This document shows positions 1 through 9,309 of a stretch of DNA of 64,000 nt, piece by piece. Position numbers and translations under genes: made by a program. Under the pieces are notes generated by a model. It searched no databases. It was not told where the DNA came from and was given only the letters and a program-made list of their open reading frames with translations. Source of the stretch: Octopus vulgaris (Eukaryota); assembly GCA_951406725.2 (NCBI GenBank), contig OX597820.1:81778001-81842000 (forward strand), given 5' to 3'. Within the stretch, counting starts at the first letter, position 1, and every line of letters starts with the position of its first letter.

Positions 1-304
1 TTAGCAATACTGCTACTGACTTAACATTTGGATCGAGAAAAATGCCATAAGCAAACCTACAAGAAAAGTATTGATGTGAAGTAACTAGAAAAAACAACGA
101 CAAGAGTAGCCTACGCATTAGCAACATTATCTGTAATTTGCCAATAGCAACAGCTAGGGTATCCATGGAACTTATCGCAACAACACTAGACATTAGCAAC
201 ATGAACAAGAATATTCACAAAATGTTAGTAATAGCATCATCATTAAAACAATAATATATAACACTTTTAAGACAACAAAAATAGCAAATAAATCCTCCTC
301 CACA

Positions 305-307
<3 letters not shown>

Positions 308-339
<32 letters not shown>

Positions 340-520
340 GTCGTCGTCATCATCATCATCTTCAACAACAGATGCGTAATAATGCATCAGCAATAACTAC
401 AGCAACATCATAATCATCAGCAGCAGCAACAACACCATCATCAACGCTACCATCGTCGTTATCATCATCACAAACACCGTAACCATCGTCGTCAATACCA
501 TCTCTTGCTACTGTCATTTC
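308..520. repeat. (CAT)n/(CAG,CAA)n trinucleotide low-complexity tract
   Basis: Direct: TCATCATCA run 308-360 followed by degenerate CAG/CAA/CAT triplets; stop codons break the frames. Confidence 0.8.
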
Positions 521-1005
521 AGCAACAATGTCATCTGTCACAGTAGCTTCAGCTGTTAGAGACAACATGTGCAGGAATAGCAGCAAGTTGAAGAAACAAG
601 GAACTACAGAAACTACGTATATAATAAAAGAACGTAACAACATCAACAACCACAATAGTGCAAGGGACCAGCTCGCAAGAGAGACTCTACGTTCCCACAT
701 CTACCATCTAAAAAACCACTTTAAATTACACCTGTTGTCTTAAAATAATTCACTCTGTATTTTACTGTCTTAAAACGCTCAAATGAAATTCTACTGCCTT
801 TAAACAACTTAAACTATGGCATACTGCTTACCGATAGAAAAAAAGATTAATAACAATAAAGAAAAAATACATATCCTACTGTCTCAAAATTTCCCAAAGC
901 ACACCCCACAACCTCAAACCTCCTTATGCTCCATCTTAACCACTTTAGAAAATTGTTTAATTACATCCAACTGTTTTAAAACAATGCTTCTAAAAATTAA
1001 GACAC

Positions 1006-1167
1006 AGTACAGGTGTGGCCGTGTGATAAGAAGCTTGCTTCCAGACTACATGATTTCATGTTCCCTCCCACTGCGTGGCACCTTGGGCAAGTGTGTTCTA
1101 CTATAACCTCGAGCCGACCAAAGCCTTATAAGTGGACGCGGTAGACGGAAACTGAAAGAAGCCCACC

Positions 1168-1168
<1 letters not shown>
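1006..1168 (+). mobile_element. tRNA-derived CORE-type SINE, 5' half (split from its 3' half at 3195-3468)
   Basis: Degenerate A/B-box head plus CORE-like GCGTGGCACCTTGGGCAAGTG; matches the intact copies at 8171-8562 and 54152-54528; followed by (TA)n. Confidence 0.85.
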
Positions 1169-1218
<50 letters not shown>

Positions 1219-1771
1219 TAACAAAGATGTACGGGTGTCAAGTCATTACAGCCGTTTTAAGTGGCACCATTTAATTGATTAATGAAAACATTACATCAAT
1301 AATGGAAACCAAAATATTTACATTGTTACCTTTTGTTATATCCGTGGGCGAATGAGTTTTAGAAAATAATGCGTGCCTTGATACGCCTACTATAATTTAG
1401 AGAGTAGCAGAGGAAACAGTGGGGATCGGGATAAAAGGTGTGGTGACGTAGTTATATTTAGAAGACTCTATGTAGTATACAGTTTTCAACCATTTAGAAT
1501 TAAATCCATTGGGAGTTGTCAACTGTATTCTAGTTAATAGTGATAAATCAATTAATGTCAGACAATCTCCTAGACTCCCAATGTACTGGAACCATATATC
1601 TAGCTTTATCTACATAAAATGGTAGGCTGCAAGGTTGGTAGTAAGAGAATGTCTGGTAGGAAGGGGGGGGGTAACTGGAAGAAAGAAGGATAGGGGTGGC
1701 CAATACTTATTTAGATTATCAAATAAAGGACAATATAATGAAAAACCAGGAGATAAGTAATATACATTTTG

Positions 1772-2156
1772 TGGAGGCGCAATGGCCCAGTGGTTAGGGC
1801 AGCGGACTCGCGGTCATAGGATCGCGGTTTCGATTCCCAGACCGGGCGTTGTGAGTGTTTATTAAGCGAAAACACCTAAAAGCTCCACGAGGCTACGGCA
1901 GGGGATGGTGGTGATCCCTGCTGTACTCTTTCACCACAACTTTCTCTCACTCTTACTTCCTGTTTCTGTTGTACTTGCATTTCAAGGGGCCGGCCTTGTC
2001 ACTCTCTGTGTCACACTGAATATCCCCGAGAACTACGTTAAGGGTGCACATGTCTGTGGAGTGCTCAGCCACTTACACGTTAATTTCACGAGCAGGCTGT
2101 TCCGTTGATTCGGATCAACCGGAACCCTCATAGTCGTAACCGACGGAGTGCTTCCA
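1772..2156 (+). mobile_element. Full-length tRNA-derived SINE (second family, OR-like)
   Basis: GGAGGCGCAATGGCCCAGTGGTTAGG (A box) ... GGTTTCGATTCCC (B box); related copies at 31786 and 61327. Confidence 0.85.
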
Positions 2157-2477
2157 CAATATAAATTTTAGGGTGGAAATTAGAACTGAAGGATTCAGGA
2201 GGTAGTAATTTATAACTTGGCAAATTATAATATTAAACTGAGAAATCAATATGTAGAATAAGGATAGAAATTAAGCTTAAAACCTAATAATGGGATACCT
2301 TAATATATAAGAAAAACTATTAAGAATATTCTAAGGATATTGTTTAGAAGGTCATGATAAAGACATTCTAAAATAAATGTATAACAGAATTCGATTATCA
2401 TATGGGTAGAAGTACATAGTTTATTTTAAAGCAATAAAAAGAACTATTTTCTCAACTCATTCTGCCACAGATATATG

Positions 2478-2708
2478 TTTCTTTATTACCCACAAGGGGC
2501 TAAACACAGAGGGGACAAACAAGGACAGACAAACGGATTAAGTCGATTACATCGACCCCAGTGCGAAACTGGTACTTTATTTATCAACCCCGAAAGGATG
2601 AGAGGCAAAGTCAACCTCGGCGGAATTTGAACTCAGAACGTAACGACAGACGAAATACTGCTAGGCTTTTTGCCCGTCATGCTAACGTTTCTGCCAGCTT
2701 GCCGCCTT
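2478..2708 (-). mobile_element. tRNA-derived SINE with Meta-like central domain (third family)
   Basis: Minus strand GGCGGCAAGCTGGCAGAAACGTTAGC...GAGTTCAAATTCC...TCATCCTTTCGGGGTTGATAAA...GTACCAG; tail ends GGTAATAAAGAAA. Confidence 0.85.
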
Positions 2709-2805
2709 TATATAACAAAAGGAAGCAATGTAGATATTTTGGCTTCCATTATTGATATGAATTTATTAAAAAATGGTTTATCCTTTATGTTTAAAGTCTA
2801 TGTGG

Positions 2806-2893
2806 TCATCTGATGAGAACGGTTTTTTTTTTCAAACTGATGTAATGTTTTCATTAATCAATTAAATGGAGTCGTTTGAAACGGCCGTAATGA
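2806..2893 (+). ncRNA. Type I hammerhead ribozyme motif (Penelope pLTR type)
   Basis: P1 TCAT/ATGA, core CTGATGA (2810-2816), P2 GAACG/CGTTT, GAAA, short P3 AC-GGCC-GT, cleavage triplet GTA (2887-2889). Confidence 0.7.
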
Positions 2894-3194
2894 ATCGATA
2901 CCTGTAAATCTTTGTTACTTATCTATATCCTGTCCACTTAGCTTGGAATTTGTACTTCGGAGCTACTATAAGAAGCACCTTTATAAAAAGTACATGTCTG
3001 AAGTACCAAGAGCGGATATCTTCACTTAGCTGGGTCGCGTTGTCTAAACACACGACAGGAATATTGAGTACAAATACCCCGGTACGGAGTCTTGATATTC
3101 AATATTCAAATAATATTGTTGGGGCGCACAGATTATACCGAACTAGCAACATGCCTCAATTTAAATACTTAATTCAACCGAATCTTAATATTTT

Positions 3195-3468
3195 GTGTGT
3201 GAGTGTGTGTGCTCGAGTGTGTTTGTGTATGTATGTATGTGTGTCTTTATGTGTGTTTGTCTCCCGCCACCGCTTTACAACCAGTGTTGGCTTGTTTACG
3301 TCACCGTAACGTAGCGTTTCGGCAAAAGACAGCGGCAGAATAAGTACCAAGCTTTAAAAAAAGTCCTGCGATCGATTTGTTCGACTAAAAACACCCATTC
3401 AAAGGCGGTGCCCCAGCATGACTGCAGTCAAATGACTGAAACAAGTCAAAGATAAAAGATAAAAAGAT
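3195..3468 (+). mobile_element. CORE-type SINE, 3' half
   Basis: (TG)n then ...CGGCAAAAGA...GAATAAGTACC...GGCGGTGCCCCAGCATGACTGCAGTCAAATGACTGAAACAAG and an (AAAAGAT)n tail, as in intact copies. Confidence 0.85.
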
Positions 3469-4079
3469 ACGTTCAAGCTTTCAAGAAAACGACAGTCCAT
3501 ATTTAACAGAAATATTTCTAGATACAGTAAAACCTTCGTCGATCAGAGATGGGTATACATCTGCACGTGTAAAGTTCCTCTCCAGAGAAGAGACAGAGGC
3601 AATTTAAGTACTTTGACTTTTTTTTGTTGTTTTTTTTTTGTTTATGATTTTTTGCACATGCAGCAAATTTTCTCTCTCCACGTTGCCATCCATGTTGTCG
3701 AAGGGACAGGTAATTGCTGATATGATTTGGCATCAGTGTCGGCGAAGTCAAACTGCACAGTTGGAACAAATTACCTACGGTAGTGCAGAATCTCATAGCT
3801 CTAACAATTCCTCATCTCACTCTGTATTACATTTGATAATGTATCGTGGTTTATATATCATGGTATATCTAATACCACCTCACACCATGACTGGCAAAAA
3901 AGAAAAACAAAGATAGGTTGATCACTGATGTAGTGCCCCTGATTATAAGTTTCGAGATCAAATCTCAGTTGGGGCTAAGCAACAACACACCATCACCATA
4001 GGTAGCTAGTAATAGGTAAGAATGACACAGTCAATGTTATGCTTAAACTGCTGCAGCCAAAGACGGTAGGAAAGACATA

Positions 4080-4545
4080 AGCTGGGACGTGATTCTGAGA
4101 TTGACGTTCAAAGTAGGAAAGATTGTATGTAGTGGTTAGCGTGACACCTGGAAGTTGGTCTCAAAACGGGTACTGAGTAGATGAAATACGAATGAGTCAA
4201 GAGTGCCAGAGTGGAAGTGACAGTTCGTCTCAGGAGAGATCGTCCGAGAAGCCGAGGCCATTATAGTAACGGTAGAAAGGAGGCAGTACATATGCGGACA
4301 AGAGTTTGAAATTTGCGACTTCTTGTCGAACACTCGCATGGTGTAGGATGTAGATGTGGTCTGGATTTGTAGCATCAGTACTGTCCCAAATACAATAGCA
4401 GTATACCATGGCAGGTTTCATGTGGGCGTTGTAGAGGTTAATAGTTGATGGAGGCAGAAGTATTTTAAGACCGTGCAAAGAAAAGTCAGTTTTATTCGTC
4501 AGGAAAGATCTTCAGGAGACGCCTAGCATTTGAAGCTATCACGAA
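4080..4545 (-). pseudogene. 3' relic of a CR1/L2/Jockey-group LINE ORF2
   Basis: Translated fragments LYNAHMKPAMVYCYCIW and FYRYYNG resemble the post-RT C-terminal motifs (LYKxxIRPxxEYCxxVW; FYRYYxG); frameshifted. Confidence 0.55.
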
Positions 4546-4649
4546 TTCTTTAGTTAATTGCGTTCATGTTTGAGGTTGCCATGTTTTTTTATATGTACAT
4601 TATCGAGTAAGATGCGAACAAAATTGGTTTCTGGGGGTGGACAATGCAC

Positions 4650-4842
4650 GCTCTGTTTGTTAGAAATAGTAACCAAATATCTCTTCAAATCTTATCCTAT
4701 TAGCTTCAAAAAGAAAGGAAAGGACACATTAAATGACGTATTCCTTGATGTATTATGCAAGAAAAAGACAGAATGACACAGTTGAAAAGCCTTTGATCAT
4801 ATATCTGTTGAATCTCAGAATTGACCTGTGTTTAACAACAAT
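4650..4842 (+). repeat. Interspersed repeat tail ending in (AAC)n; diverged second copy at ~52045-52235 (minus)
   Basis: Shared motifs AGAAATAG(T/C)A(A/G)C(C/T)AAAT and the terminal region between the two copies. Confidence 0.45.
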
Positions 4843-4885
4843 AAACAGAGAGATAGCACTAAAACGGAGTATACAGAAACCAGAA

Positions 4886-4923
<38 letters not shown>

Positions 4924-5324
4924 CCATTATCCTGATCATCATAATCATGGACGTCAATACCCGTAACAACAGCAACAACAACAGCACAACAAAATGTCTG
5001 TGAGGTAATAAATATCAAACAAAAATAAAATACATACAAAAATATAGTAAAAACAAAGCAAAAGCAACAATCTACCGTTAAACATTTCATGACTTTTTCT
5101 ATTTGTTTCCTTTTGTGTTGTATGATTTTTTATATATCTGCTTGTATGTCTGTACAAATGTAGCTATTAGAAATAGCTAGGGTCTGAGAAGAAATAGTCT
5201 TGACAACAGTGGCACTACCGCAGCAATGTCGATAGTAACACAGCAACGAAGAACCGCATGGTTTAAGGACGGTAATAATAACAGCAACAGGAACATCAAC
5301 AATAAAAGCAAGAATAACAGTGTG

Positions 5325-5525
5325 TCAAATTTTGGCACATGATCAGAAATTTAAGGGAGAAGGGGTTACATCCACCCCCAGTGCTAGATTCTTAGTTGTA
5401 GTTTTATTGCTTGAATAGGCTTGGGAGATAGTCATATCATTTGATTAAATCTACCCTGAATTTTACGAATTTGACAGCAAAAGGATGGAAGGCATCTTGG
5501 TGGCATTTGAACTGAAAACCGCAAG
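5325..5525 (-). mobile_element. Degenerate Meta-like SINE
   Basis: AAATTTTGGCACA tail, CCCCCAGTG and GGCATTTGAACT motifs, as in 6375-6770. Confidence 0.5.
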
Positions 5526-6374
5526 ATATTTGTCCAGCCATTTAACAAGTCCACCAAATTTAACAAATCCAACCATTTAACAAATCCACCAAATGACTGA
5601 AAAGTTTGACAAAACAAGAAATGAAAGAAAATGAAAGTACAACGAGGAAGATGTGAATGAAGAGCAGAATAATTCCATTATATACTTAGAGCAAGCCTTT
5701 TGTCCTCTTGAAGTTTTTTGAGGGGCGGAAATTACTCTCTTTTCTCTTGAAAGGGACGATTGGGTACAGATCTTTCGGTATAGCTGTTTGGTAATAGAAA
5801 AGTTGATGCTGAAGGCAGACACACATACAGAAGCACACCTAGAGAAAGAAAAACATGGAATTATTAGCCTTTACATGACATAAGTATATAATGTAAGATT
5901 ATTATAGATAATAAAATAAAAGATTACTTGTAAAGATATATAACAAACATGTAGTTTTATTAAGTTTTCCATTTGTTAATCATGAATATCTCAATACATG
6001 TTATCTTCTGTAGTCAGTAAAAGTAAATTTGTTGTTCTGTAAAAAAAAAAACGAAAAAAAAAAAGAAAAGAAAGAAAAAAGGAAAAAACACAAATTTTTA
6101 CTCAGCGCCCAACTACTCAATGCCAAAAGGGTTCTGCGCAGAAACAGCTGCATCATATCGCCGGTGCAAAAACGTTCCTAAACCGCTGTCCTCTGACCAG
6201 AGTAGAAACTATATGGTCGTGACACATATTAAATGAAAAGTGCTTGATGTTTTCAAACATACGATGCAACACAACTTAAAACCATGGTCCAATGTTGGTG
6301 TGCACAAACAATTAAAGAAAGACGATGAAACTTTTATCAAAGTACTGTATAATAATTCTTTTTTGCAGTATACA

Positions 6375-6845
6375 TAAGGCTTCAAATTTGGTGGGAAGGG
6401 GACGAGTCGATAATGTTGACTCCTGTGCTCAATTGGTATTTATTTTAACGACCCCGAGAGGATAAAAGGCTAAGTAGACCTTAGCGGAATTTGAACTCAG
6501 ACAAATAAAATACTGCTAAGCATTTTGTTCAATGTGCTAACGATGCTGTTAGCTCACTGCCTTCCCCATGGGTAACATTGGCTTCAAATGTTGGCACAAG
6601 GCCAGCAATTTCAGGTTTGCGGATAAGTCTATTACATCGACCGCCAATGTTCAACTGGTACATATTTTATCGACCCCGATATGATGAAAGGCAAAATAGA
6701 TCTCAGCGGAATTTGACATTCAGAGCGTAAAGACGGATGAAATGTCGCTAAGCATTTTGTCAGTGAAGTATTGAGGCCAATGTAATTGACTAGCACCCTC
6801 TCTCAAAATTTCAGGCCTTGTGCCTTTAAAGGAAAGGAATATTAT
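6375..6845. mobile_element. Cluster of Meta-like SINEs: two tandem minus-strand copies plus a plus-strand tail
   Basis: Two copies of ...CGACCCCGA...AAAGGC...AGCGGAATTTGA..., then GGCCTTGTGCCT...GAAAGGA tail at 6770-6845. Confidence 0.8.
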
Positions 6846-6964
6846 CCATCGTGGCAAAAGTGTACTTCCAAAGTTGGCAAGTTATTCATTAAGAATGAAA
6901 TTTATTATTGAAAGTTTTGTATTAGGCAAGACATTTTCAAATATGGAAAACGTGAAGCGATAGT

Positions 6965-7079
6965 TAACACACATACGCACACACAGCCATGTACATGTAC
7001 ATACATATATGTATACACATGTATATCTGTGTGTGTGTGTACAGGTGTACATTTGCGTATATCTACATATGCATGTATG

Positions 7080-7123
<44 letters not shown>

Positions 7124-7204
7124 TACATATATATAGATATGTATGTACATATATATATATAGGAATATAGGAATATAAATGTATATGTATGTATCTATCT
7201 ATCT

Positions 7205-7245
<41 letters not shown>

Positions 7246-7300
7246 GAAAGAGAGAGAGAGAGAGATAAATATATAGATATACATAAATACATATATGTAA
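6965..7300. repeat. Compound (CA)/(TA)/(GA)n microsatellite
   Basis: Direct inspection. Confidence 0.9.
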
Positions 7301-7525
7301 ATGACAAAGGGACAAGAAATTATGTAATGAACTTCTAAATTATTGCTGATTCTGCCATAATATGCAATGCACTCATATTTAAGTGCTTACGTATCACTTT
7401 ATAGCATCGTCGGCGCTTCAATAATTTCTTATTACTCTCTGCACTCGACTAACACTTTTTACTGCAACATGTATATTGAGTACTAATAACAGATTATAAT
7501 TATTGCTGTCTAAGCGAAATATTAA

Positions 7526-7556
<31 letters not shown>

Positions 7557-8057
7557 TTCGGCTGGTATTTCTTGTGGATGAACTAACTGCATTTAGAGAC
7601 TCCCCCTCTCTCTCTCTCTAGTTGAAAGGGTTGTTTCTACTGTGGTTGTTATTTTTATTATTTTTTTTTTTGATAATGAGCGAGTTGTTGTGAAATCGAA
7701 ACTTTTTACCATTGTAAATCAAGAAAAGGAAGGGGATGGAGAAGAAAAAGGTAAAAAAAAAAGCAGAAAGAAAGAAAGAAAATAAGAAGAGAAAAAGCAA
7801 GAGTTAAGGTTAGACTATTTTATGAAAGCGAGGGAAAATAGTTGACCGTGTTAGGTGTACTACTACTGCTAGAACGCTTTGACATAAAACTGAACAAGTC
7901 AAATGACATTAAGAAAATAACTTTGTTCCCTGTCATACACACACGCACATACATTCATGTGTGTGTGTGTGTAGATATTCCCTCTCTCTCTCTCTTTCCC
8001 TTGTCTCATTCTCTCTCTCTCTCACTCTATGAGAATACACACACACACATCATACAT

Positions 8058-8105
<48 letters not shown>

Positions 8106-8128
8106 ACACACATGCATATATATACATG

Positions 8129-8170
<42 letters not shown>

Positions 8171-8171
<1 letters not shown>

Positions 8172-8360
8172 TCTTTTACTTGTTTCAGTCATTTGACTAC
8201 GGCCATGCTGGAGTACCGCCTTTACTCGAGAAAATCTACCTCAGGATTTATTCTTTGTAAGCCTAGTACTTATTCTATCGGTCTCTTTTGCTGAACCGCT
8301 AAGTTACGGGGACGCAAACACGCCACCATCGGTTGTCAAGCATCACACACACACACACAT

Positions 8361-8399
<39 letters not shown>

Positions 8400-8562
8400 C
8401 GATGGGCTTCTTTCAGTTTCCGTCTATCAAATCCACTCACAAGGCTTTGGTCAGCCCGAGGCTATAGTAGAAGACACATGCCCAAGGTGACACGCAGTGG
8501 GACTGAATTCAGAACTATGTGGTTGGTAAGCAAGCTACTTACAACACAGCCCCTCCTGCGCC
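8171..8562 (-). mobile_element. Intact CORE-type SINE with internal (TA)n(TG)n microsatellite
   Basis: Minus strand starts GGCGCAGGAGGGGCTGTGTTGTAAGTAGCTTGC, has the CORE-like segment and the complete tail. Confidence 0.9.
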
Positions 8563-8633
8563 TATAGCTGCTTACCTCACAGCCACCCCTGCCCCTATAT
8601 ATATATATATGTCGCATCGACCGCACTACCGCC

Positions 8634-9277
8634 TTGTCTCCTTCCCCCCGCCCACCCCCCAACCGCACCCCCTTCCCCCTCCTTTCCCACCCCTCTACCC
8701 TACCCCTTCGTCGCAAGATACTACGTGCCTTCCGTCGCCTCCAGCTTGATCCCACCACCCGCCCCATTTTCCCTAACCCACCCCTGTCCTCTTTCAAACG
8801 AGCCCGCAATCTGCGTGACCTCCTGGTCCACAGCACCCTCTCTCCTTCCCCTCAGCCCCACACGGATCATTCCCTTGCTCTAGATCCCGCTGCAACACTT
8901 GCCCCTTCATCACCAACACCACCGCTGTCACCGGCTCCAACCTGCATACTGTACGCATTAGGCACTCTTTTACGTGCACCTCGTCTGGCCTTATTTACTG
9001 CATTAAATGCAACCTATGCGGGATGCTGTATGTAGGTCAGACGGGACGCCGGTTGTCCGACCGTTTCACTGAACACTTGAGGGACGTTCGCCTACACTCT
9101 TTTTCTCCCGTCGCACGCCACTTCCGCTCGGCCGGCCATTCCCGAGATGACATCTCAGTGTTTGGTCTCGCCCCCCACAATGGTCGCCCACTTTCCAGGC
9201 TCCACTTGGAGCAACGCTACATCTTCACCCTACAAACTACCACCCCACACGGACTTAACACAGCCCCCTCCTCTTGA
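8634..9277 (+). pseudogene. Penelope GIY-YIG endonuclease C-terminus (frameshifted)
   Basis: FKRARNLRDLL linker, CxxxRCxxC, then LIYCIKCNLCGMLYVGQTGRRLSDRFTEH...VARHF...LEQRYIFTLQTTTPHGLN across two frames. Confidence 0.88.
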
Positions 9278-9309
9278 GACCGTTTTTTTTTTTTTTTTTT
9301 TTTTTTTCG

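Larger units (their letters stand above)
1213..2922 (+). mobile_element. Non-autonomous Penelope-like fold-back element with long imperfect inverted arms
   Basis: 1213-1370 is the reverse complement of segments 2837-2922, 2708-2756 and 2440-2475; the right arm contains a hammerhead motif; inserted at (TA)n. Confidence 0.65.

Noticed and set aside
193-743. Poly-Asp/His/Ser ORFs as a host exon
   Set aside because: Trinucleotide low complexity, interrupted frames, no recognisable domain or splice context.
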